Source: Octopus bimaculoides | Taxonomy: Eukaryota | DNA: 47,460 nucleotides | Reading direction: 5' to 3' | Assembly (NCBI RefSeq): GCF_001194135.2 | Contig: NC_068982.1 | Coordinates: 29,922,494 to 29,969,953, forward strand | In this document: piece after piece, positions 35,859 to 47,460 of the stretch | How the letters are laid out: each line of letters begins with the position of its first letter | Numbering within the stretch: the stretch's first letter is position 1 | Translations under genes and position numbers: made by a program | Notes under the pieces: generated by a model | Database searches by the model: none | What the model saw: the letters and a program-made list of their open reading frames with translations, nothing else | Told to the model about the DNA's origin: nothing

Positions 35859-35890
35859 ATGTATATATATATGTGTGTGTGTGTGTGTGT
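35728..35890. repeat. Higher-order (ATGTATATAT + (GT)n) compound repeat next to an N gap
   Basis: A ~30-bp block is repeated about five times. Confidence 0.9.
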
Positions 35891-36261
35891 ACACGTAAGC
35901 TGTATAGAAAGTAATTTAGAAGTGGGTATAACTTTTCTTTTTATTAACTGACGTTGGTCGTTCAAGTCGCACAACCTTGTGTGCCTGTGTGGTGTGCATC
36001 ATCAATTAACATTTACTTCTCTCTCTATATATGATGCATATATATATGTGTGTGTGAGAGTGTACTGATGATTAGACCTTAATTATTTCTGCCTATTTAA
36101 TCACTTACACACAAATGATGTAAGCTGAAACACAAAAATTTTAAATTAGCATAATGCAGTTACTGACAGTATTAATAACTCCACTGTAATGAACAGTGCA
36201 TAAGATCATTGAAGTGTATCAGTTATTTATTTATTCTTTTTTTTTTTTTACCAAATAAAGA

Positions 36262-37607
36262 ATGTGCAAGATGGAGAAGACACGCATATGATATTAATAC
36301 TTGGGTGGCTATCCAGAATTTCTCAAAATATTTTACATCTACAAATTGTACTTGGTGAGACATTGAACATGGCATTTGTTGATTTAGAGAAAGCCTTTGA
36401 TAGAGTACCTTGATCTGTGATAAATTGGTCTCTGAGGAAGCTAGAATTAGATGAATAGCTTGTAAAAGCAGTACAGGCTGTGTACAGGGGAACTGTTAGT
36501 AAGGTAAGGGTACATTGAGGATATTAGTTTACAGGTAGGTGTTCACCAAGGCTCTGTCCTCAACCCTCTCCTATTCGTCATCATCCTCCAGGCCATAACA
36601 GACGCAATTAAGATTGGAAGCCCATGGGAACTACTATATGCTGATACTCTAGCCCCTGTAGCAGTATTTGTAACAAAATTAGAAAAGAAATTCCAGGTGT
36701 GGAAGCAGAACCTGTAATCAAAGGGTCTTAAGTTAACTTAGCAAAGATCAAGATCTTAGGAAGCAAGAAATCAAACAGGACCCTTCCCCACTTCAGGCAG
36801 AAATTCCATTTGGGGTACCAAGTGCAAGCTATGGACACACAAGAGGTGCAATGGAATAGGAAGGTTGACAGAGAAAGTAATGTTACTGCTAGATTAAGAA
36901 TAGGATGGAGAAAGTTCAGTGAGCTTTTACTTCTGTTGGCGACCAAAGGCCTCTCTCTGATTGAAAGGAAGATTGCATGTGTATGAAATGGTAGTGAGAT
37001 ATGGGCCCTGAATACAGAGGATAAGCAAAGACTAGAGAGGAATGAAACCAGTATGCTCTGCTGGATATGCAATGTCAGTGTACATGTGCGACAAAGCACT
37101 AGTGTACAGAAAGAGAAGTTGGGCATAACAGGAAATATATGCTATGTGCAAGAGAAGAGACTCTGCTGGTTTGGTCACATGAGGCAGATGGATTAGGACA
37201 GTTGCATAACAAGTGTTGATAACTTAAAGTGGAGGGAAGCTGTGGAAGAGGTAGGTCCAGGAAGATGTGGGATGAAGTATTGAAGGTCGATCTCAAAACA
37301 CTGAGCCCAATGAAAGGGATGACATATGACTGAGATATGTGGTACATTGCTGTACTCATGAAGACTCACTCACCGCAACAGAATTGAAATCCTAAAACCA
37401 AAGTACCACTTACAGAGCGCTGGTGATGGTGCCATGTAAAAAGCACCGAGTACACTCAGTAAAGTGGTTAGCATTAGGAAGAGCATCCAGCTGTAGAAGT
37501 CAAGTCAAAACAGACTGTGGAACCTGGTGCGGCCCCTGGCTTTGCCAGTTCCTGTCAAGCTATCCAACCCATTCCAGCATGGAAAATGGATGTTAAATGA
37601 TGATGAT
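36262..37607 (+). mobile_element. 5'-truncated RTE-clade LINE (RT plus 3' UTR/tail)
   Basis: LNMAFVDLEKAFDRVP...WSLRKL; VGVHQGSVLNPLLF.IIL; PWELLYAD.L; GLKVNLAKIKI; RIGWRKFSEL; GSEIWAL; RLCWFGH. Followed by the shared tail ending (GAT)n at ~37607. Stops and frameshifts present. Confidence 0.92.
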
Positions 37608-38207
37608 GTAGTTTGTCTTTAGTTTGATGATTACATTCTTTGATTTGGTTTGTTGTCAACCATAGTATTTATGTGGCTTAACAGAAGCTTTTGTTAAAGC
37701 CACATAAAAAGAAGGCTGACAATAAACCATTATTAGTAAGGTTATTATTTATTGATGCATAGATGTTTCTAGCAATTAGAAAAGGAATATCCTGAAGTGA
37801 AGGTTGAGTTACAAAGCATCATGGGAATTGTGTTACTGCACAGTTGAATACTAAGTTCGCAGTGAATGAACATCATTCACTGAATATGTAATTATAGTTC
37901 ATCCTTTACAATTTTGCAGGTAATGCTCTACACATCCCTAAGATTTTTTTGCTTCTAATGAATTCTGTGATTATTCCCCAGAATACTATTTTTGGTGAAT
38001 TTTTTCTGGAGAACATGATTTTTCTTTTGTGGTTGGATCGTTGATGACCTCTTTCTAGCATATTGGATGATCACCTAGTGGTCATCCCTTCTTATACGCA
38101 TGTAATATAATTTTTTTCTGAATTATCAGATTTTTTTATATGCTAGACCTCTGGTTTTAAATTGAAATTAATACTCAATTTATCATCCTCAGTATATATA
38201 TATATAT

Positions 38208-38800
38208 NNNNNNNNNNNNNNNNNNNNNNNNNNNNNNNNNNNNNNNNNNNNNNNNNNNNNNNNNNNNNNNNNNNNNNNNNNNNNNNNNNNNNNNNNNNNN
38301 NNNNNNNNNNNNNNNNNNNNNNNNNNNNNNNNNNNNNNNNNNNNNNNNNNNNNNNNNNNNNNNNNNNNNNNNNNNNNNNNNNNNNNNNNNNNNNNNNNNN
38401 NNNNNNNNNNNNNNNNNNNNNNNNNNNNNNNNNNNNNNNNNNNNNNNNNNNNNNNNNNNNNNNNNNNNNNNNNNNNNNNNNNNNNNNNNNNNNNNNNNNN
38501 NNNNNNNNNNNNNNNNNNNNNNNNNNNNNNNNNNNNNNNNNNNNNNNNNNNNNNNNNNNNNNNNNNNNNNNNNNNNNNNNNNNNNNNNNNNNNNNNNNNN
38601 NNNNNNNNNNNNNNNNNNNNNNNNNNNNNNNNNNNNNNNNNNNNNNNNNNNNNNNNNNNNNNNNNNNNNNNNNNNNNNNNNNNNNNNNNNNNNNNNNNNN
38701 NNNNNNNNNNNNNNNNNNNNNNNNNNNNNNNNNNNNNNNNNNNNNNNNNNNNNNNNNNNNNNNNNNNNNNNNNNNNNNNNNNNNNNNNNNNNNNNNNNNN
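38208..38800. other. Assembly gap. Other gaps: 19018-19202, 35597-35727, 40943-41044, 46392-46801
   Basis: Runs of N. The gaps at 38208 and 40943 are flanked by (TA)n on both sides. Confidence 1.
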
Positions 38801-38801
38801 N

Positions 38802-38842
<41 letters not shown>

Positions 38843-39239
38843 TTAAAGTGATTAGATGCAATTTAAAACCAAAAAGCACAAATACAGTCATGACTAAGAG
38901 TGACTAAGGGTGCAAGTCAGCACCAGCATTGCTAGAAATAAGAGTCAAAGTAACTCTTAGCCATGAACAGAGCATTTTCTGTTCAACGGAACACTTTCTA
39001 TTCACTGACATGGGAAATAGCCTCCCCACAGCTAGACACGTGTTTCTGCCTCTCTATTTCTGTGTCACACTCTCATCATTTGACACCGGATCACCTCTTC
39101 CAATGCACCCTCTTTTATAGCAAGACACCAGTTTCTGCCTCTCTGTCACACTCTAATCTTTCATCCTCTGACACAAGTTCCCTTCTCAAATGGTCCTGCC
39201 CTTCTCAAAATTCCTCTGTCATGCAAGTTACTTGGTGAC

Positions 39240-39530
39240 CCTACCGGTGCTGGTGCCACGTAAAAAGCATCCCAGTCCACACTGTAAAGTGGTTGGCATT
39301 TGGAAGGGCATCCAGCTGTAAATTTCATGCCAAAACTAACCCTGCCCGTGCTAGTGCCACGTAAAAAGTACTGCGTCCACTCTGCAGAGTGGTTGGTGTT
39401 AGGAAGGGCATCCAGCCATAAAAACCCTCCCAAACAGACACAGTAGCCTGGAGTAGTCTTCTACCTGGCTGGTTACTGTCAACTGTCCTACCCAAGCATG
39501 CATGGAAGAAGGACATTAAATGATGAAGAT
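39240..39530 (+). mobile_element. RTE-type tail with an internal ~100-bp tandem duplication
   Basis: gtgc.agtgccacgtaaaaag...gtggttgg...ggaagggcatccagc occurs twice (~39244 and ~39343). Confidence 0.8.
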
Positions 39531-40909
39531 AATCAATCATGGCTTGGGTTGGGTGGGCTGTCTCAGTGTTTCTCATCATCTTGATCACATTGCAACAGAA
39601 TAAACTGTCCAGTTGTGTCTGTTCTTACAATGTGGACTGGTTGCATTTTATTGTACCACTAGCACCAAAGATCTTGCTCCAAGCAGTGAAATTGGCTAAA
39701 ATCTTCCTCCCCATGCATCCTCCCCACCTACCCTGTATCAATTCCTATTTGGTGATTGACTCTATTTCACTTCTCTGCAATACTACATTACCAGCACATT
39801 TACATTGAGAAAGAGAGATATAAAAAAAAAAAAAAAAAATTACATGAATTGTGTAAACATTTCTTGAAATAGATTAATTTTTATAGGAAAATAGTTTCAC
39901 TGAAGATAACAAATATTTTCCTATTGAACTGTTCATTTGTCATAAAAGTAGGTGATGATGACGTTTTGAACCATTTCAACAATGACAATGTTAATAATAA
40001 TAATAATAATATAAATATAAAAAAAAATGTGATGGGCACATTGTATTAATCATCGAATTTAATACATGAGACCATTTTCCTGTGTACAGAAGAGATTTTC
40101 TTTATGTGTGATAAATGGTTAAGTCATTGATTTATCTTGATTCTACAAGCCTGAATTGTCTTTGCTGTTCTGTTTTCATTTCAGGAATATTTTGACTAAG
40201 CTCTCTATTTTAGCCTTTTCAAAAGCTTTCTGATTGAAGAAAAAAAAAAAAAGAATAAAAACGAGGTAAAAAAAAGGAAGGAAAAATACTGTTGTGATTG
40301 TTTGGTTACAGCAGTCTTCTATTTTCCTTAATTCAATACAAAGCTATTTTTGTTGTCCGTTTTCCTTTCTGGTTATTTGTTAAAGCTGTAATTGGGCAAT
40401 TGTTAGTGAAACTATCTTGCCAGTGTTTTCTATTATTATATTTTATGAAGAAATGAATGGTTTAAGTAATGCATTCTTATCTAATAGTTTGGTTTGTGTT
40501 GGAGAAAAATGCAGAGATTTCTTCAAAAGCAGATGGTAAAATTGGATTGAAGAACTGTTTGAGAGCAATGATGTATCACTTGAATACCAGTTCTTTTATT
40601 AGTGTTCTGGTATAGACTTACCCGTATCAGCATTTTTATGTCCTCTGTTTTTCCATGCAAGCAAGAGTTAGACAAAAGTTAGTGAAGAAATTTTCTATAT
40701 CCAGATGCACTTCCTGTCAATAACCCTTATTTGTATTGGGTAAAGGTACTTTTACTTTTGTTCTACTGGTCATCATACACGAAACTTCTGACACCTTGGG
40801 CAAGGCAAATGACTTCTGTAATAGCTTAATAGCTCTGGGTTGACCAAAGCCATGGAAGTAGATTTGGTTGATAGAAACTGGAAGATGCCTGTTATATATA
40901 TATATATGT

Positions 40910-40942
<33 letters not shown>

Positions 40943-41044
40943 NNNNNNNNNNNNNNNNNNNNNNNNNNNNNNNNNNNNNNNNNNNNNNNNNNNNNNNNNN
41001 NNNNNNNNNNNNNNNNNNNNNNNNNNNNNNNNNNNNNNNNNNNN

Positions 41045-41079
<35 letters not shown>

Positions 41080-41085
<6 letters not shown>

Positions 41086-41255
41086 CATGATGATCATTTA
41101 GCATGTTTTCCATGCTAGCATGGGCTGGATGGTTTGAGTGGTGCTGGTAAAACCAGGGGTTGCACCAGGCTTCATTGTATGGGTTTTTATAGCTGGATGC
41201 CCTTCCTAATGCCAAAGACTCTACAGAGTGTACTGAGTGCCTTTTATGTAGCTAT
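41080..41255 (-). mobile_element. RTE-type tail
   Basis: catcatcatgatgatcatttagcatgttttccatgctagcatggg...gctggatgcccttcctaatgcc. Confidence 0.8.
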
Positions 41256-41395
41256 GGATACATAAGAGGTGCTGCAGTATCAGAGGAAGGTTTTTGTGTG
41301 TGGAAAGTGCACAGGTACAATAAACACCCAAAATGTACAGAAAATAGATTTCATCACTTGCCAGGGAGTAAACTAGAAGTAAATGATAGTTTCTG

Positions 41396-42335
41396 TTAGC
41401 TAGGTAACCAAGTCTGTAGCGGGGGTGGATGCTCTGAGAGCATAGCTGCTAGTATAAGAATAGGCTGGACAAAGTTCAGAGAGCTCCTACCTCTGCTGGT
41501 AACTAAGGACCTCTTGCTCAGAGTGAAAAGCAGACTGTATGATGCCTGTGTATGAACAGCCATGCTACATGGCAGTGAAACATGGGCTGTGACTGCTGAG
41601 GGCATACGTAGGCTTGTAAGAAATGAAGCTAGTATGCTCTACTGGATGTGTAATGTCAGTGTGGATGCACGAGAGCATGTAAGCATCCTGAGAGAAAAGT
41701 TGGACATAGAAGCATCAGATGTGGTGTGCAAGAGACATGACTGCGCTGGTATGGTCATGTGATGTGTATGGATGAGGACAGCTGTGTGAAAAAGTGTTGC
41801 ACTCTAATGGTGGAGAGAACCTGTGGAAGAGGTAGACCCAGGAGGACATGGGATGAGGTGGTGAAGCACGATCTTCGAATGTTGGGCGTCACAGAAGCAA
41901 TGACAAGTGACTGAGACCTTTAAAGATATGCCGTGCTTGAGAAGACCCGAGTGAAATCATAGTTATGGCCAATGCCAGTGCAGTCTGACTGGCACCTGTG
42001 CTGGTGGCATGTAAATAACACTTGAGCATTGGGCCTCATGGAGGCAGTGACAGGTGACCAAGACCTTTGGCGATATACTGTGCTTGTGTAGACCTGTCAG
42101 GCCAAATGAGACCATAGTCGTGGCTGATGTGGATGTGCTGGTGGCATGTAAAAAACACCCCTGTACTCACAGAGTGGTTGGTGTGAAGAAGGGCATCCAG
42201 CCAAATCAGATCAACCTTGCCATATCAGATCAGAACCTGGTGCAGCCCACCCCCACATCTCCGGCTAACTAGTTTTCAGTCAAACTGTCCAACCCATGCC
42301 AGCATAGAAAGCGGATGTTAAATGATGACGATGAC
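41396..42335 (+). mobile_element. 5'-truncated RTE-clade LINE (C-terminus plus 3' UTR)
   Basis: SIRIGWTKFRELLPLL...RLYDACV*TAMLHGSETWAVT...EASMLYWMC; RWYGHV; RGRPRRTWDEVV. Followed by the modular 3' UTR and tail. Confidence 0.9.
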
Positions 42336-42429
42336 AACTCAAACAATTTTAAGTATTGTTGGCCTATGCTGTTAAATTAAAAGTTGCGAGTGAGCAAAAG
42401 TGGAGGCATCTTTACTTGTCCTGCTAGAA

Positions 42430-43000
42430 CTAGTAGCCAAGTTTCTCTCAAATTACACCCTGCTGCATTGGAAAAGGGATGGTGTCATATTTTGACTGGC
42501 ATGTGACATGGATTAAAGTTAGGGAGGGTGTGCAGTGTCATCTGCTTCACTCTCTTGTCCCTTTCCTGTCTGATTCCAGTGGCAGGACAAAGTCGAAACA
42601 ACTGGAGATAGGTTGGGCTGCATTGGTTGGCTGCAGCATCCTTCGTGTCTCCTGTGCCCTGTTTATGCTCCACAATGCTTGTTGGTCTGCCTTCCTGTCC
42701 ATTGAACCAATCTGATAGTTTCCTCTGCACAGTCTGCTGGTCTAATCTTCACATGCACATGTAGGCATGCCCTAGCTCTCCAAGAGTTCGAGGGTGGTCA
42801 GCTACCTTCAACAAGGTTTATCCAGCCTGTAGAACCCTTTGCCTGGAGTGTGGCTGCTGTTGCATGCAGACAGCTTTAGGGAGCCACAGGTAAGAGCTGG
42901 GTGTCGAGTGAGGACCAAGACGAATGAACTACTCTGAAGAGCACCACACATTCCCCCATCAGAGGTACTACTCCACCCAGATACCCCATGCATTGGATGA
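42430..43000 (-). mobile_element. Probable RTE 5' UTR fragment
   Basis: The reverse complement contains cccagctcttacctgtggctcc...gcagccacactcc...aaaccttgttgaaggtagc...catgtgaaga, resembling RTE/BovB-type 5' UTRs as I recall them. Confidence 0.45.
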
Positions 43001-44159
43001 TGTGTTGTTTGATTCATTATTAGAAAATATAAGATGAGGTGGTCAAATCTGGAACAGATTTAATTGGAGTTCTGCTTGATGAAGGCTGATCAGAGTCTGC
43101 ACAACAATTGGTTGTAATCTTTCTTTGTGTAATGAGTGCATGTTTTTCTCAGGAGTGGGCTCAAGTTTGTTTTGCCTTTGTTTTATAAAGAAGAGGAAGG
43201 GAAAAGTGTTGCAGGTTGCTTTTTCAGGTTGAATTCTAATCCCAGTTTTTACTGATGTAAATAACCCCTCACTAACTTACCATTCTAGAATTCTTTTGAT
43301 TATATTTTTGATTCCAAAAGAAGACATTTCATTGATCTTGCTTTGATTATTCTGAGCCGTGACAGTGTTCACAATTATTGAGTTTCTGTTTCATACTTAA
43401 AACAATACACAGCTTGTCTGATGATTAGCTTCGTTAATTAAATTTGTCAGATAACTGGGAGGATGTCAGTTTCATTTGTAGTCTTGTACAAATGGTTGTA
43501 AATATATAAACAATATCAAAGTAACTTTGTTATCCTAAATAAGAGGAAGTTACATGAGCAATAATTAATGAGATCTCTTAAATGACTCTTAATAAGTGTT
43601 AATGTTTTCATAGCCAATCAAAATTTGAATGTTCTATAAATGAGTCTATCTTTGATGGATGTTGTTCTTGCTTAACACCCATCAAAGCTAAGTGTAATTT
43701 GACTCTTAGTCTTTCAATAGACACCTTATGAGTGGTTATTGTAACAAATATCAGGTAAAATCTGTCGTGGAAGAATGGCTAGGTCCATCCAGCTTTAATG
43801 TCAGTCATATAAAAGCAATCACTGAACAGAGGAGAAACAAAAGGACATTACTATTGATAATTTTGTAATTTCTTAAGAGATAAGCCAGAAATTACGTGCC
43901 ACTGTTTTTGAATAACCTTATGATGTGATTAAGTTTCTGTACACTTAAAAATATTTCTTCCCTCTCAGATCTTCCGACTGTTGCTTTCAGATCTACTTTG
44001 CATTGTTCTGTCAGAGGAATATTTCAGTTGAAAGACATCAACAGGAAACAGCATTTCAATGATGTTATAACAATATTGTTGTAGTTTCAGCATTTATGGT
44101 TCTTGTTCAAGAGAACAGCTGCACCATATAATGCAAAATGGCTTATTATAAAAATATTG

Positions 44160-44550
44160 CTATGCTGAATATTATAATTGTGCTACAATCTGCATGTTCG
44201 CCCTTACAGCCGCCGTGGTAGGTTTGAATGTTTTATTTTGTTGGTGGCATGAAAATACAGGTTTGCGTAATGTTGATATGCATCACTGATTCTGTAGTTA
44301 CAGCACTTGCAGAACAGTTTACATATCTAATATTTTAATGAAAATTTTTGGTGCGGTGCATACCGCTGTCACTTTGGTTCCAAAAATTCTGGAACTTGGC
44401 AGATTACTGACACCAGGACTATTAGAAATATGTATGCAGCTTATTCTTCTCTCTCATGTCTTTTGTTATCTTTTGCTTAATAATTGGCAGACATTGGGCA
44501 ATAGTTATTAATTTTCCTGATATTAAAGAAATAAGAATAATAACAAAAAG
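44160..44550 (+). pseudogene. Possible decayed class-A GPCR fragment (TM1-TM3/ICL2)
   Basis: Across two frames: ICMFALTAAVVGLNVL...GLRNV; LICITDSVV; FLVRCIP; WNLADY*; LIIGRHWAIV..FP...ITKRK. Helix spacing is imperfect and several stops are present. Confidence 0.3.
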
Positions 44551-44702
44551 AAAACCACACACACACCATAAAAACCTTACCAGGAAATATTACTCGAATG
44601 TTTAGTTTTGAAGCTGGAGAAGATTCGAGTGGTTAGCATTGTGTTAATATTTCATAATCTTTTTACTAATATTCTTTAATAGCTACATGTGTATCATGTA
44701 TA

Positions 44703-45040
44703 GAAGGCACATGACTCAGTGAGTAGAGTGTCAGACTCACACTCTTGAGGCTGTGAGTTTGATTCCCAGACTGGGCTGTGTGTTGTGTTCTTGAACAAAG
44801 ACACTTTATTTCACACCTTTCCAGTTCACTCAGCTGTAGAAATGAGTTGTGAAGTCACTGGTGCCAAACTATATTGGCGTTTCCCTTGGATAAAACATCG
44901 GTGGTGTGAAGGAAGACTGATATGAATGGGTGACTGCTGGTCTTCCATAAAAAAACAACCTTTCCTGGACTTGTGCCTTGGAAGGGAACTTTCTAGGTGC
45001 AATCCTATGATTATTTGTGATTGAAGAAGGTCTTTATGAT
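44703..45040 (+). mobile_element. Family-3 SINE
   Basis: ggcacatgactcagtg (A box), gagtttgattccc (B box), tgttgtgttcttgaacaaagacacttta. Confidence 0.75.
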
Positions 45041-45074
45041 ATATAATTTATGCAATACATCGATAATTGTTTAT

Positions 45075-45255
45075 ACATACCTGCTGGTGTGGGTGTGGCA
45101 TGTAGTTTACTTCCTAACCACATGGTTCCAGGTTCAATTACACTCTGTTGCATTTTGGGTAAAGTATCTTTGGCTATGGCCCTGGTCTGACCAAAGCCTT
45201 ATGAGTGGATTTAGTTGATGGAAACTCAAAGAAGCTCATTGTGTGTGTGTGTGTG
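45075..45255 (+). mobile_element. Family-1 SINE, 5' half
   Basis: cttcctaaccacatggttccaggttcaatt...gaccaaagccttatgagtggattt. Confidence 0.8.
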
Positions 45256-45257
45256 TC

Positions 45258-45425
45258 TCATCATCATCATCATATTTGTTTAACATCTGCTTTCCATGCT
45301 GGCATGGATTAGACAATTTGACTGAGGTTTGACTGCATCAAGTTCCTATCTGATCTGGCAATGTTTCTACAGCTAGATGCCCTTCCTAACGCCAACCACT
45401 CCGAGAATGTAGTGGGTGCTTTTTA
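45258..45425 (-). mobile_element. RTE-type tail
   Basis: catcatcatcatcat...ctacagctagatgcccttcctaacgccaaccactccgaga. Confidence 0.8.
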
Positions 45426-46977
45426 CCTACTGTGTATGTGTGCATAAATGTGTTTGTGTGTTGTTACTTTCCCCATGCCTTGACTTTGTGTGATGGTCGA
45501 AAATGTATGTCATTAGCATGCAAGCAGTGTCCTCTGTTTCCAGTATTCCAGGAAAACATGTCTGGGCATGGGGAAATATTACTTTACTTGGAAATAGGCG
45601 AGGATAGGTGACAGGAAGGGTATCCAACTGTAGAAAATACACTTTGACAAATTCCATCTGACCCATGCTCACATGAAAAAGTAGATGTTAAAACGATGAT
45701 AATGATGTAAAGGTAAGGTAGTTTCTTTTGATGGAGCTATTGTTTCTGTAACTAGATCCTCTTTCTATTACGAACAAATCAACTAATCTAAATGCAGAAC
45801 TTGTTTGGTGTCAGGTAGACAGACTAGAACAAGCAGAGTTATCTGCCTTGCACAGAGACACAACATGGTTGTTTTAGCTGTAAGTCTTGAACTCAGCATT
45901 GTGTGATCAGTTGTCCATCATTTTAACTTCATTGCTATCTACCATACACATTATGTGATTATGCTGGTGGCGCCACAGAAGCTTGTATTAACTTACACCT
46001 ATAGTTTCTCAAAAGACATTATTATTTGTCTTCTTCCTTACTCTTCCTATTATATACTTTCTTTTCAAATTATAAAAAATAGGGGAAAAAAAAAAAGAAA
46101 ATGAACAAAAAATCTTTGCCAGCTGCTTTGTTATTACTATGTTGCTATTGATTGATCTTTGGTTGTAATTATTTGAGACATGCAAATGTCTGTGTGATTT
46201 AATGTCTTCAAATTAACTTGTTTTATTCTTCATTTCTGGACATTAGTTATAGCTCCTTATGGGGACATCAGATAGCGTGCAATGGAAAAAGAAAAATAGC
46301 TTTCATAAATAAAATACAATATATATATATATAAAAAAGAATGAAACGGAAAAAAAAAAATTATCTCTTAGTATACAGATCCTTATCTTTCNNNNNNNNN
46401 NNNNNNNNNNNNNNNNNNNNNNNNNNNNNNNNNNNNNNNNNNNNNNNNNNNNNNNNNNNNNNNNNNNNNNNNNNNNNNNNNNNNNNNNNNNNNNNNNNNN
46501 NNNNNNNNNNNNNNNNNNNNNNNNNNNNNNNNNNNNNNNNNNNNNNNNNNNNNNNNNNNNNNNNNNNNNNNNNNNNNNNNNNNNNNNNNNNNNNNNNNNN
46601 NNNNNNNNNNNNNNNNNNNNNNNNNNNNNNNNNNNNNNNNNNNNNNNNNNNNNNNNNNNNNNNNNNNNNNNNNNNNNNNNNNNNNNNNNNNNNNNNNNNN
46701 NNNNNNNNNNNNNNNNNNNNNNNNNNNNNNNNNNNNNNNNNNNNNNNNNNNNNNNNNNNNNNNNNNNNNNNNNNNNNNNNNNNNNNNNNNNNNNNNNNNN
46801 NCTTGTTTTTCAAGCAAGGCACTTTATTCTGCAGCTCTTCACACTTCAAGGTGTTGAATTTGCTGGGGGGGGGGGATATAAATTGATGTGACTGCTGTCC
46901 AAGCAGTGTAAATATGAAGACAAGCAGAGACAAATGCGTACACGCACACACACTGATGAGATATGCATATGTATATA

Positions 46978-47208
46978 TTCTTTTATTCTTACACTTCTTT
47001 CAGTCATTTGACTGTGGCCATGCTGGAGCACTGCCTTTAGTCAAACAAGTCGACCCCAGGATTTATTCTTTGTAAGCCTAGTACTTATTCTATCGGTCAC
47101 TTTTTGCCGAACTGCTAAGTTGCAGGGACATAAACACACCAACATTGGCTGTCAAGCGATGGTGGTGGTGGGGACAAACACAGACACACACACCACAAAC
47201 ACACACAC

Positions 47209-47240
<32 letters not shown>
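46978..47240 (-). mobile_element. Family-1 SINE, 3' half
   Basis: tcagtcatttgactgtggccatgctggagcactgcctttagtc...ggggacaaacacagac. Confidence 0.85.
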
Positions 47241-47246
<6 letters not shown>

Positions 47247-47460
47247 AATTATGTGTATTTCTTCTATCTTAATGAATAAAAATTCTTCTGATAGAATAAA
47301 TGGGTTAATAGAAACCAATGTAGCAAAGAACACAAAATAACTGTGGTTAGCTCCTGTTTTTAAGGCATGAACTCCTTGAAATTTTAGGTATTTGAGTATA
47401 TTTAAGAATTTAAGGATTGGAGAAAACGCATGTTATAATTGCATACTTTATTCCTACATA

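Overview
AT-rich, repeat-dense eukaryotic genomic DNA with five N-gaps. The SINE families, (CA)n/(TA)n/(GAT)n microsatellites and RTE tails look like an Octopus (cephalopod) genome; this is an inference from recalled repeat families. Only one host coding segment is recognisable: the first coding exon of the DEAD-box helicase DDX49 (Dbp8 family) at 23272-23416 (+). No downstream DDX49 exon was found in the next 24 kb. The rest is a layered transposon landscape: an internally deleted Gypsy LTR element with both LTRs, tRNA-Ser PBS, PPT and TSD; a 5'-truncated R4/Dong-clade LINE (RT plus RLE endonuclease) sitting in a (TACA)n microsatellite; a non-autonomous Helitron; a decayed jockey/CR1-group LINE carrying nested insertions; RTE LINE fragments and many free RTE-type tails; Penelope relics, one with a decayed hammerhead-ribozyme-shaped motif; hAT, Tigger, piggyBac and other MITEs; and three tRNA-derived SINE families. 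I found no convincing new multi-gene system. The best leads are the (TACA)n-associated R4-like element, the minimal Gypsy element, the hammerhead remnant and a possible GPCR pseudogene. All translations and alignments were done by eye, so repeat boundaries are approximate.
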